Below, one piece after another: positions 11,375 to 23,780 of a stretch of 64,000 nt of DNA. The stretch spans positions 59,830,001 to 59,894,000 of the forward strand of contig CM060732.1 of the NCBI GenBank assembly GCA_030704615.1, given 5' to 3'. The DNA is from Takakia lepidozioides. Its lineage: Eukaryota > Plantae > Bryophyta. The notes beneath the pieces were generated by a model, which was given only the letters and a program-made list of their open reading frames with translations, had not been told where the DNA came from and made no database searches. Position numbers and translations under genes: made by a program. Every line of letters begins with the position of its first letter. Within the stretch, counting starts at the first letter, position 1.

Positions 11375-13232
11375 CTTTGAAATCTGAAAGAAGATGATCC
11401 CGGTTCAGATAGTGTTTCAAATCATAGATATAATCCATTACAGTGACTACGACAAATTATAGTGGATCACCGATCGACTAAACTTCTCCATAAAAGCTCA
11501 GTAATTAAGCGGAAGAATTTCGAAATTGCCATCAACTCCATTCACTATTGCAGAAACTAAGGACACAGAAATCGACGACACATGGGCCAATGCCTTACAT
11601 GAAGCCACATATATGTGAACCCTGGATACCGCATCACTGAGTGGCAAAAACGGTGAACATGTTTGACGGAATTCTCTGTTATGAAAGTAGTAGGTTTAAA
11701 ACAAATACTGTACGAGGCTCTTATGACAGAACATAAGTGCAAAGGACGTAATAGAGGTCTGATTTAATTTCTCAAATACTTATTCAGAATCAATGATGAA
11801 TCGTAGCCAGATCTTGTCAAGAAGCAATAAGAAACCATGGAACACTATCAATTAGTGAGGGAACAAATGTATTTCGCTATATTGTCACTTTCTGTGAGCG
11901 CCTAAAACAAGAATCGAAGCTGATTACCAGAGCGTGGACCACGATTAATGATATTGATCACAACAATTGACATTGTGACGACACTGATGATAGAGAACCC
12001 CTCTCATCATCAGAAGCTTCAGCCCACAATTTAATATATAAACTATGAGCTTAAGAACTTCAAGATTTCAGACAGGTCCGCAATACCGATTTGGCACACT
12101 GCTCTCAAAGAGAAAGTAACTAAGCCATTTTTTTGTCTCTTGTCACAAGCTTTCGGAATGTGGCTTAAGTATCATCTATTCAAGAATCAAACCCAACAAG
12201 CTTCCTCTAATTCATGTAGCAGCAATAAACTTGTGATAATGTTGAAACACTTCAAGGATCGATAAGGGTTGGAAAATACGATGCAGTACCTTAAGTCTGT
12301 GATAAGGTGAATCAGGGGGATGTTTGACACCAAGTCAATGATAGGTAGATTCTTTTGTGACTAGAATCAGACCGCGAGTGTTTTGCTCAGCTTGTGGATA
12401 CTGAGACTCCTGGTACTCTTTCCCCGATTTACTCCTGCAATTTTCATCAGTAAAAATTTATTAGTGAGGGCCCGAGTGAGCTGAGAGTGACCTGTAGACA
12501 ACTACCTCATAAACACTTATACAATCTTCAACATCGAAGCGAGCACTTGTTGATACCAACTCGGGCTTGCTTTACACAAGAAACAAAGGAGGTCCCACAC
12601 GTCAAGAAGTCCACTTTACTACAGTCATCTGATCTACACCCAATATCTGTGTAGACTATAGGATTTCAAGCTTCATGCAGCTCTACAATTTCAAGCTGAA
12701 TCTCCTCACTTGATCTATCTGGCTCGATTGTGTATACTTCAATACTTAGACAACTGAGATCACGTTCAAAGCATACTAGTACTCACAATGTCATCGACTT
12801 CCAGCATACTAGACAAAGTCTTGCTAGAAGAAGCGAAAGCGATCAAAGTGAGCCTGTGAAGTTGTCCCACATCCTCCTTTTAAGTACTAGTGTCCTTCAA
12901 CTATCCAGCACTAGGTTTGTATTACCGACACTTTACCGACACCCTAGTACTCTAGTAGTAATGGCACCGGAGGCTCGTGATGACCAACATGAGGATTCTC
13001 TTAAACACAAATTATTGCTTCTGATCAATTCCACATCGCATTAGAATCATAGACCCTGATCTAGTGTACCGACGGTACTTGCCTGTGCACCTCAGCATTT
13101 ATTATTTGGAAAAAAATAGAAATAGAAAATTCAATATTATTGAAGTCTAATTGTTTTAATATTTTTAAAACATTTTTTATTCACATGGAATTATTGCCTG
13201 AATACCCATAGCACGAAGCTCTAGTATATATA

Positions 13233-13479
13233 TCTCACTGGGTTATGCGTGTACAATAATGAACACCGTCATTGGCATGTATCACGTCGCACGTGACAAA
13301 AATGTCGCATTTTCATCCATAAGTTTTATGTACAATGTTTCATCCAAAACACATCAAACCTCATTTTCATCCTTGAATTTTATTCATCCACGTTTTTCAT
13401 CTAACATTTATTATATCCCATTTTCCTGCATTCGATCCAGCGATTTCCATATGTTGCATTGCAACGGAATCCAAACTAG
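13233..13479 (+). mobile_element. Short non-autonomous Helitron-like element
   Basis: A|TC start at 13233; 3' palindrome GTTGCA-T-TGCAAC (13453-13465), then 10 nt and CTAG|T (13476-13479); no TSD. Confidence 0.6.
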
Positions 13480-14921
13480 TATATATATATATAATTACAC
13501 ACACACTACTTGCATACCCCACACATGATTTCCTTCATGGGCTACAGTGTTTTGTTTTTGGGCGAAAAATCGCCAAATGGCGACCTCAAAACATTAAAAT
13601 AGAATATTCTGTCGTAAATTCCCAATTTTTTCATGGATGAAATCGCCAAACTTCTACAAGGAAAAAAAAGAAAAAAGGGATGAATCTGCCAAATGTGGAT
13701 GATATAAATGGATGAAAGTACACATGAGGATGATTCTATCCAAATTTCCAATGGATGAACTGATGGGCTTACATGTCATAGCCCACTTTTTTAAGCCTTC
13801 ACGAGGCTCAACCCTTTTCTAAAAATAAGGTGCATCATTATCACCCAGATCCTCGCCGACAAAATGGACACATCACTTTGACTTTATGATGAGTCACCCC
13901 TCTTCATGCATCGTCAAATACCCACATCGGCAGCATGCCCTCATCAGTTCCTTCAGAGCAACTTGGGGCAGAAACGACGTCATCTGCACATGCACGGGAG
14001 GGGGAGATTGTGTCTGGCCTCGAGAAATCCCCCCTCAATGGCAACACCACATAGCCCTCTTCCGCTTCCCCAGAGTTTGACAAATCGGATGTCAACTGGA
14101 AGCATGTGAAGACTGGCACGAGGACCAAGCTGCTCTATAGATAGATCTCCCCTCCTCTCCACTTCTGCACTTAAATCTTTTCTGCTCTCTACAATGGTTC
14201 TATGCAAGGGAAATCTTCTTCAAGGAGTGGTTCGCCCCCATGCTTATCTATCTATAACATCAGAGCCTCTTCAAGGCTACACGCATTGGGCTTGTCCCAC
14301 GTTATTTCTGTTTTCTCGAAACTGGTTTCGGTCATGGGTTGGTAATCCGTTTCCTGCTGGAAGGTTCTGCAGTACAATCATAGTTCATAGGGATATCCGT
14401 CGCCTTATGGCAGTCTTGGGGCATCAAAAGGGTTTTAATTTTTTTTCCCTTCAAATAATTCAAATAAAGTTCTGAGGCTAAGCCCTCTTCTCCCAAAAAA
14501 AAAAGTATTTGGTGCAAAAGAGACCATAAAAGCCCTATTATTACCAGTTCTAATTCATCCATTGTGTATTCCTATAAGCTTAATCCTTAATTGCCCAAGC
14601 ATTTTCTTCATATGTTAGATTTACTAAAAACTATTGCTTCCTTGTTTCAAGTGCTATCATGTCTTTAAGCAATGTTGTTGCAGCTATCTGTATGGTTGGA
14701 ATTTAGTTTCTCATTTTTTTGCTTAGATAATAAATTTTGAAGCATTTATCTTCAAAAATTGATTAAAAAGTCTTAATATTGTAGTGAGTCATTTTTCAAT
14801 GGACAATATCATAAAACATGTACTCTTTGTTGCTATCAAAAGTTGAGAAAATAACATCATTAATTGTGACAATTATGTGCAAATTTACCATATACAATTA
14901 AAATTTCAACAAGGGATAAAA

Positions 14922-14946
14922 CGTGTCTCAGACATGCCATTACTAG
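14922..14946 (+). mobile_element. Helitron-like 3' terminus closing an AT-rich block
   Basis: Imperfect hairpin CGTGTC-TCA-GACATG followed by CCATTA and CTAG|T. The 5' end was not identified. Confidence 0.4.
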
Positions 14947-17900
14947 TTTATATGTTTATATGTGTGTAAGCAATCGCTTATGAGGTTGGAAATTTCATAA
15001 CAAATCCGGAAACACCAAACATGTGCTTCCAAGAAGCATCCCTCCAGCTAGAGGCTTGGCTCCTGAGGGGGGGAGGCTTTCAGCGATGCCTAGCTCCAGG
15101 GCTTGAGCTCTATCCTATCCTTTGCCTTGGCAGTCTCCTAGCTGCTCCTTGAATTCTCAACGACCAGGAGCAGAGGGGGTGCTTCTCCTGCTGCGGCCTT
15201 CTTCTTCCTTGCTCTAGGGTGACGCTCCCACACCCGAGATGGGACCTGCACCATGAGATGGAGAGGCTTTCAGAGCAATTGGTTATGTGGATGACTGAGC
15301 TGGGAGAGGTTCAGGGAGATGAAAGTAGGAGTGGGATTTATTGACTTGCGTTAGAGGGGTCCTTTAGCGCTTCCTCACTCCTTTGAGATTTGTTGTGAGG
15401 TTGGAGAGCTTCTAGGACAAAGGTTTTGAGGGATTTTGGCAGCGCTTCCGCGTTGATTTGGGAATTTGGCAGGGGGGGAGGAGCAACAACACCTATGCAA
15501 GTTGTAGAGATTTGACAAGTGACCGAAACCGATGATGAAGGCAGAGGTGGGTTTAGGAGGGGGAAACCCGGGAGGAGCTTCTCAGGCTTGAGCGCGCGAA
15601 TGAGGCGCGAATGTGAGGTTTCCAAGCTGTCGAGCCGCGCTGCCTGCTCCAACTCCCTTGTTGCGCTCCTTCGCAGATTGGGTGTAGCTTTGGGGGAGTG
15701 TGTTGTAGGCGGGTGGAGGCTAGAGCTTCAATTGGGTGGCTGAGCTCCTTGAGGGGCCGCGGCAGCGGCGGCAGCGGCGGGGGAGTCTCGCTGAGGAGCA
15801 GCTGGTCGATAGATCCTACCCAATTTATCGCATAATCTGCTTCTTGTATTCTATTTCTGATGAAGGAAAGATCCCGGCATTTTTTGTAGCACTGATGCTT
15901 CCATGTACATGAGACTCAAACTGTGAAATTGACTTCAGCATCGGAATGAAGTGATCTCAGCATATGCAGTAAAATTTCAATGACCTGGGTTTACAGCCAG
16001 GTGAGTGCTTGCATGATAATATCAGTAATCAGGTAGACTCCATCAGCCCTCAGTTTGATTTTCATCAGTACCAAAGGTCTGGACACCACATTTTCATGAA
16101 ACACGGTAAGGTACTGAATCCAGTGAAAGTGGCAACCGAAAACTGTAGTACAGATTTCCATCCACTTTGAGAAAGTTAAATAAGAAGAGCTCTCTGATAA
16201 AAGATCTGCCTTGCCAGAGCTTTCTTCGAGTCCATGATCTGGAGGTGTCAGATCTACGCTAAGCCCCAGGAGATCGAATTCGAATTTGCATTTCAAAATC
16301 GCTTACAAACTCCAAACCGCTACTTTGGCCGAACCACTACATATAACTGACATGCATTCAGATTCTCTTTTATGCCTCATTTCTTGTTTCATTAAACCAC
16401 CACTAGTCAATCAGACTCCGAGTCAACACGTCAACACCTTCTTTCGGATCTAGATTTCGAACATTCTCAAGGGATATGACAACTCGAGTCCTCACACGAG
16501 AATCCGAACTTCAGACTGTTAATAGTTTGGAGTGCCCCATTTGGACATTCTTAGAAAATATCAATGTGCAATGAGATGACCTTTTATGGAGTTACATATA
16601 AGCGTCCATCATTGATTTCTTAATTTCATGTCATGGCCCCAAAATTGAGACACACTTGTACATTTTCTTCTTATTCTTGGCTTCCTTCCACTCACAGTCT
16701 GTCTCTGGCAGTGTCCAGCAGCTAAATTTCTGTAGTTCGAGTAGCAAGTCTTTCTTCGAGAAACAACTCACTAACTCAATCCCAGATGCCAACCGTATGG
16801 TCAGAGTAGCACCTTCTACCCTGGATTCTTTCTCCACTTTTTACTTTGAGTTCACATGATGCTGCACTTCGAAATTAACGGCTTGTAGGCTGAGTCATGA
16901 TTCCTGCACCCATTTGAAACTTATATTTATTGCCTGAGGACCACCCAACGTTAATCAGACATTCTGGAATAGAGTTCACGATCCCAATTTACTTCATCAA
17001 TTGGTCGACACTTCTCTCCCTGAAAAGACTGTCTGCATACAGAAAAAAGGGGCATGTGATGGGTGCGTACAGCATACAACTTGTAGTTATCACCCAGTCT
17101 TGAAGTAATCGCTATATTGCATGGTCCTGCCCAGTCTCAAAGTGGGTTTTAGGGCCACCACGTCTTTCGTCGAAGCACAACATTAGTCATGTACTTATAA
17201 GGACTGTAGCTTGGGACACTGGAATCGGTCAATATAATAGGGAAGGGAAGGAGGAAGGGATGAGATTTAAGAAGAAAGAAATGACGTCTTCAGTGAGCCA
17301 TGACAGGAAAAGTCTGCAATGAAATGAACATTCAAAAGCCGCCACTCCAGTGACCCACTCTGCTATACACAAAAATGGAAGGAAACGAAAATCGGCTGCG
17401 TATGGCAAAATGCTGCAACATGCTGGCCGGGACACTTCTTTTCCAGACCCAATACAAGGTTAATTGCTTAGAGTGAGATCGAGTACTTATTGGCCAGCAT
17501 ATTAAATTTTGTATCTTGTGAGATGAGGTCAATCTCCGATCTATTGGGTATTACACGTGGCAAGCAGCTGGATGCTTGCAGTCTCGCCTTGGGGCGTTCA
17601 GCATAGATTAGGATTTTCAAAACATTTCAGGGGATACATTTTAGACGCTATATAGTCATTGAAATTTGATTTGCCTGCCCTCCACTTTCTTTTTGCACTC
17701 CTTGTATCTGCTGCTGTAGGGCTGTTGGTTCCTTCGTATCCTCCAAATCGTACATGAACCATGATCATTACGGCACGGCCCTGAGAATTCCCGAATGTGG
17801 GGTAATTCAATACATTTTTAGGAGGTGTTCATTACAGGTACAGATCTGTTTCACCAAATGACTGACTAAAGCGGATCTGCCGGCCATCTGTGGCAAGTAA

Positions 17901-18775
17901 AAGATCTAGTACTTACTTGCAGTACTTAACTGCAGAAATTCTGAGGGATATCATGGGGAGAAATTAGAGCTCTAGAAACTTGGAAGGGGCTGCAAGAGGG
18001 AGAAATGAAATGAAAGCTTACATTTTAACGTCCGCTGAATTAGGGAGTACGACTCTAGAAAGCACGAAACAAGAAAGTGAGGGGCCCTGATCCACTGCAA
18101 GCGGCCCAAAACAAGTATTGCCCTTGGAAGAGGCAACGTCTTGCATGCAGATATGTTGCTAAGCATCTGAAGAAAGAGGGGACTTCAGAATTTGATTCGT
18201 TCCGCAGGAAGCCCAATGGGCTAAGGCACATGTAAGCAAAAAAGTACCAAAGACAAAAATCAAAACAAATCGAATAATCATCGATTTGATGGTCCGTGGA
18301 CAAAGTAGATGCAGCAAGTAGAGAACCACAACAACTCATGATACTGCAACTCATATATTGCAATAAATATTGTCAAATAGTTAGTTGGCATACATTCTTG
18401 AAGAAAGAGCAACTTAATTGAGAAATTTGATACTTAACATCGAAGCAAATGTTGCCATGTAATAGTATGTTACGTTCGCGGAACGCATCCTGGGCCAAGA
18501 CTTTGAATAGAAAGTTCTAAATGATGTAGAAAAGGTCATGCAGACTGATATATTGATATGTTTCCCATGTCTAACTGGGTGCACAAACTAGAAGAGAGCA
18601 TGGAGATTTGGAGTCCATAACAGCTAGCTAAACCGGCATGATCTACACTGACAGCTGTGTACACGGCCATACTACAAGCATGCATGCCGTCTCAACACAT
18701 CCACCAAATGAACTCTCGTCTTACAAAATACCATGCTTAAAAAGAGTATTTCTGGCCAAAACTGAGGGGATAAAG

Positions 18776-19363
18776 TCACTCTACTGTGGCAAAGATTATT
18801 TGCATTGGATACAAAAATGTATTGACATACTCAAAGTGTATGGTTTGACCAGTTGTCATGGGAAGCCCATTGTTAACCAAACAAACACCAGGGGATACTC
18901 GTCGGAACACATTTGGGTTCACCAAAACTGGAGATGCGAACATCCCACAGCGCACTAGAATGTTGCTGATCCGAGCATTTGTGTCCTGGCATACATCGAT
19001 GATCTGCACACTGAACTGGGGCCCCGACAGGCTCTCACCCACAGACTGCTGAGAAAGGCTGATGTCATTCTGGTGGCATTGCCATCCAGCCGAAATTTTC
19101 CCCTCGCCAGTCTTGAAGTCCTGATTGTTGCTGAGAGTGGTCTCAACATCACGGCCTGTGTTAGCATGCGGCTCGTTAGGCCTCCGCTCTTGGAGGTGTG
19201 CAATTCTGATTTCCTCCTTGGCATCCAGACCACCACCCGCTTCTAGGGACGAAGCCACCGGAGAGAGCGCCGTCAGAAAAAGAAGAACCGCCCCCAACAT
19301 GTACAGCACCCATGTTCCAAGAGACCCGCTGGATGCTGCAAAACTCTTACGAATAGGAGCCAT
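18776..19363 (-). CDS. TPD1-like: TAPETUM DETERMINANT 1-like secreted cysteine-rich protein
   Basis: Intronless 195-aa ORF with a hydrophobic N-terminal signal segment. C-terminal TPD1 domain: C..NDISLSQ, FSVQII.VC, CGMFASPVLVNPNVFRR, CLVNNGLP, FEYVNTFLYP. Confidence 0.9.
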   Translation of the reverse strand: MAPIRKSFAASSGSLGTWVLYMLGAVLLFLTALSPVASSLEAGGGLDAKEEIRIAHLQERRPNEPHANTGRDVETTLSNNQDFKTGEGKISAGWQCHQNDISLSQQSVGESLSGPQFSVQIIDVCQDTNARISNILVRCGMFASPVLVNPNVFRRVSPGVCLVNNGLPMTTGQTIHFEYVNTFLYPMQIIFATVE

Positions 19364-20544
19364 GGTGACTCTCTAGGATCGAAGAAACAATACACAATCT
19401 GAGCGACACAAGATCAGGGTAACAATGCACAAGAGCGTACAAGAGGTTAAACACTCAAGACAGAAAATACACAAGAGCGACTAAAGAGGGCGACAATGCA
19501 CAAGCGCGACTCAAGAGGGTACACAAAAGACAGACACTAGACGAGCAACACGGCTGCCTTATAAAGTAGTCTCTCAGTGTGCAGGAGATCAGCAGGTCTC
19601 GGGGGTAGCAGACCCAAGTAGTCTCGGTGGCACAGATATGCCATCCATGGTCGTTGGATTAACGTCAAAGAGGATAGACTCGGGTTGATCTCGGCAGGGG
19701 AGGGCGAGCTCGTATTTTCTTCACAATTAAGGTGCATACAAGTGCAGAAAATAGAATGCTTCTTACTATAACGTGCGTAGATGCTTATCTAAAACCATGT
19801 GCTTGGAGGCAGTTTGGTAGTTTGATAATTTTTCTCTTATATTGGCTCTTTGCTGCAGTGGTAGGGGATCGAATAAACGCTGGCAGCCCTACCTTCTCAC
19901 GAGGCTGTCTACTTCATTCAGCCATCTCACGACAGGTGATTTGGCATCTTGCATGTGGGTTTTGAAAATTGTCGAATTTTTTTCTGCTGAAGGGGCTCAT
20001 TGGTCACTGATTTTCCTGATATAAACATGATTTTCCTGATATAAACACGATCACTAAGATAGAGTGAAAGAGAGGGGAAGAGAAAATCACAAGACACATC
20101 GAACAGAAATTTCACATGACAGTATCATCGGCTCAGACTCTTTCACAAGGAACTTATGTCTTTGTCCCATGGCACAATGGTGGGAAACACGTTATATTTC
20201 CATGGTGGATGGAGGTAGTTATGTAGGCAATGTTGAAATCCCATTATTATCTAGGGAAAGAAAACTAGTATACAAGGGATATCAACGTCCCTCCCAGTAA
20301 AGATTAGACTCTACATGGGAAATTATCCTTCCAACCGGGATTCTCATAAAAAATGGGGGAATCTACAATTTCTCATGGGAAAATTTTGAAAATATCATGT
20401 AAATGTGCATTTTTGCAAGGGACTTGAACAATGGGATTTTACAAAATGAAGAATGTTCCTGATTACACTGTCTGGGGATCTCAGCGCCACCCCCCCCCCC
20501 AACACCTGTAGAAAAAAACAAGTGGTGGAGAGCCCTGCAGCTCC

Positions 20545-23051
20545 CCAGTGTGTTGTTTGGCAAACATCTTCACACATTTATATAATTCAAATTCTGTTCC
20601 TTCATATTCGGCTTTGTCTCATCATCACTCTCCCATCATGATCCTCCTCCCGCCGTCTCAATCTCTTCTTCCCCTTCTCTGTTGCTGTCTTTGTCAAACT
20701 CTTCACCAATCTCATTGTCCACCTCCATGTCTTGCACTAAACCTCCGGTAGTCACTCTTTCGATTTGTATCTCTATGTCACTTTCTGGTCCTCTCTCACT
20801 TGGACAGGCACCAGTACTCTCTTGGTAAATTTCAACATTTGTTACAGTTGTCCGACAAACGTGGGAATTGAGCTCTGAAGTGTGTAGATTTTCCTGATTA
20901 TTCTCTTGAGGGTGAGCCACTTCTTGGTCTGTTTGTGCTTCTGTGGGAATGCTAGGATTGCAGGAATTGGATGTGTGATTGAGCATATCCCTCCTGTCCT
21001 TCCTCTTGCCATTTCAAGCCTTCTTGAGTACCTGCACAAAGAACATATGATGGTATGAAGTACATCTGTCCATGTTGTCCGGTTCCTTCATGTCAACCTT
21101 AGAGTCCAGAGCAAGAGTGAGATGGAAACAAACGTCACGCCTTGCGCGTAAAGTGCCATTTTCTGAACTGATGGAGTCAAGAAGACGGAGCACGATGTGT
21201 TGTTTCTACCAAATCTGCCAATTGGTTGCACTAGCAGAGAGAAATTGACCTGTATTAGTAATGGACTAAAGAACAGTGCCAAAATAAAACATAAAAGTAC
21301 TAATGCTTCACTGTTTCACACAGGCTGTAGGCCTGCAGCCATTTATCCGGCCCCATATAATCCAAGTTGGATCACAATCTCAGCATGGAACTACTAGTGC
21401 TTTCTCCAAGTCCTTTGCAAGGTCAAGCAATGCTCAGCTGATTGCAAACACAAGAAAGAAGAAAAGATAGAGGTAAGAGGCACCTACGAGGTTGCTTGTG
21501 CATGTCAAATGCTTTGATGAGACGGAGAAGAAGGGGTAGTATGCCATTCTCAGTGTGGTCATAGAAAACTTTGTACAATAGAATACGCGCTATCCGCACT
21601 TCTCTTTCTCCCTCTGAGGTCGAACAGTCCGCAGCCTTCAGAATGTAGTCAAGCATATGAATCTGCTAGCCAGCAGCTATCAGTGCATACTTGAGAGGAG
21701 ACCTGAAAGAGCCTTCTAGCCTGTTCTCCATCCCGCTGGAACGTCAGAAGTTGCTATATTTAAGGGTTGTACTATCGCAATTCCAGGAAGAAATAGGGGA
21801 AGAAATGAAATGGTGCTTTATAACATCCTGCGGAAAGCTCATAGAGCTTATGGGACAGAACGGAAGAAAACATGAGAAATGAAATGAAATGGTGCTTCAT
21901 TACGTCCGTGGAAAGCTCATAAAAGTTATGGGACAAAATGGAAGAAAACAAAACCAGAGGCAAAGATAAAAACCATTGTTCGAGTGATTGTCTAAAGGTC
22001 AGTGCCTCGTGAAGGTAAGCTGCAAAGGATTTCTGATCTTCATGGTGAAAGACTTCAGTAAGAGATTGGGTTCCACGGAATAGACAGTGTAATCTCCCAC
22101 GGATCTCATAGTATAGAGGGCAATAGAAGAAGTGTTCTTCAGTTTCAATTTCCTGGTTGCGCCTTGAGCAAGCTGGACATAGGCGGTCCTCCCGCTGCAG
22201 GTTTTCCCATCTGTCAGTCTCTATCCGTAGGTTGTGGGAGCCCACCCTGAATCGTCCCAGTGCCCTCAGGGGAGATGGAGATAAAGATGCGGAATGGTAA
22301 TCGGGCTGTAAGATTATATCATCTCGAAGAACCAAGAATGTTTCTCGATAGAAATGGAGCTTTGTCGTGAGATTGGGTAGCTTTCAGGTTCTCCTGACAT
22401 GAAGTTCCATAAGCTCCCTTCTAATGAGTCTGTTGAGAGAGGAAACAAAGCCAGAGCCAAGAATAAAAGAGAAAGGGAGAAGATGTCCTGATTGACCACT
22501 GTAGTAAGTTTTGGTTTGAAATACGCTTTAGAGAAGAGTCTCCACAGGATAGTAACTCTCCAAACCTAATTGCACAGTTTTCACCCTCCACGACGTGAAA
22601 CTAACCCTGAAATTGGCGTAGTGCTTGACATAGGCAACCAGGGTAGGGTCAAGTGAGTGTAGAACTGACCTATATTTATATCATACCAGAAAGTATAATG
22701 TTGATGATCCAGCCCTCCATCTAATAAAATCACACATATGTACCTGCGGTTGCATTGCCAATGAAGACACACAGAGACTAACACACAGTTACAATCAACT
22801 TTGTTTCAGCTGAGAGTTATTGCCAAGCTCGCCATTTCTTTCAGTAGGAACCCACTGGTTGTTGATAGAAACGAATCACTCGTCTCTTTGGCAGACTGTG
22901 CAAATCTTTGCCATTTGACAACTACCAGTGTAAACATGTCTTTGTCCATTGTTGAAGCAATATCGCCACATCCACCCCGCAAAGCCATACTCTCATGTCT
23001 GCCACCCTCACTTCTGTTCTGGGCCAAAGTACGCTCTCCATTTGGCAGCAC
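20545..23051 (-). pseudogene. TIMELESS (fragment): Internal, intron-containing fragment of TIMELESS
   Basis: Exons ~23051-22833 (CGDIASTMDKDMF..KWQRF..KET), ~21662-21484 (ARILLYKVFYDHTENG..FDMHKQPR), ~21230-21143 (LADLVETTH / VLRLLDSISSENGTLR, frameshifted) and ~21031-20545 (VLKKA* then acidic linker). These resemble plant TIMELESS. No start or end is visible. Confidence 0.8.
21790..22340 (-). mobile_element. 3' end of an RTE-X-like non-LTR retrotransposon, in a TIMELESS intron
   Basis: FRVGSHNLRIETDRW..REDRLCPAC..ETEEHFFYCPLYYEIR zinc-finger-like C-terminus, followed by a duplicated 3' end with a (CATTT)n tail. Confidence 0.8.
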
Positions 23052-23244
23052 CTACAAGTTTGAAGAAAGAACAGGATGCAGCACAAAAGTTGCATAGTTA
23101 TTGTAAGTAATACACGAGGTGTTTTGGGTCTCACTTTTCCAGTGAACATGTGATTGGAACTGGGTGTAAGGTAAGCTCGGGTTTACAAAGTAGGATGTCA
23201 TGGGTTGTAATTAATACCCGTTTAAATGATCACACAGACAGGAG

Positions 23245-23720
23245 AAATAAATTATAAAATGGTTCTTCATAACATCTGTGGAAAGCTCAAAGAGCTCATG
23301 GGACCAGAGAAAGGGATTGTCTATCTTATAATAGCAATACTATCTCCCCCAGATCCCATAGTGGAGAGGGCAGTCACAACAGAAGTGTTCTTTAGTTTGA
23401 ATTTCTCTTCTGTCATCTATAGCACAAGCGAGGCGCAAGCAGCCGGCACGCCCCAGGCTGTCTCGTCTACCAGTCTTTATGCACATGCTGTGTGAGCCCA
23501 CCCTTCCCCATGTCCTGAGAAGAGATGGACACAGAGTCTTCATGTTTGGGAAAGTAAGTCTAGATTCAGGGCTTGCAAAACCCCAGAGGAGATGTGTTGC
23601 AGTGGAGGTGCAAACGCAGTGAAAGTGTGCAAAGTTGTAGCCCATCCATCTCTCCTTAAAGAGTCTCGGGTCACGGATGGAGTATCATCAGCTGGTGGGG
23701 TGACTTGTTGCTTATCTCTG
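23245..23720 (-). mobile_element. Degenerate copy of the same LINE 3' region
   Basis: REIQTKEHFCCDCPLHYGIWGR, plus a tail similar to GAGCTTTCC..GTTATGAAG.ACCATTT. Confidence 0.65.
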
Positions 23721-23780
23721 TAGGGAAGAAAGAACAGTCAACCTCAACTTTTGAAAAGTAATTTTCTGACACTAAAACAT

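Noticed and set aside
12550-12565. TGATACCA as a possible Met-tRNA PBS
   Set aside because: Only 8 nt, with no adjacent LTR end or gag identified.
15030-15810. GC-rich block with ORF 15338..15652
   Set aside because: Could be a retroelement ORF1 or gag remnant, but no diagnostic motif or boundary was found.
15850-18400. Scattered minus-strand ORF pieces
   Set aside because: Possibly an old pseudogene, but no family could be recognised.
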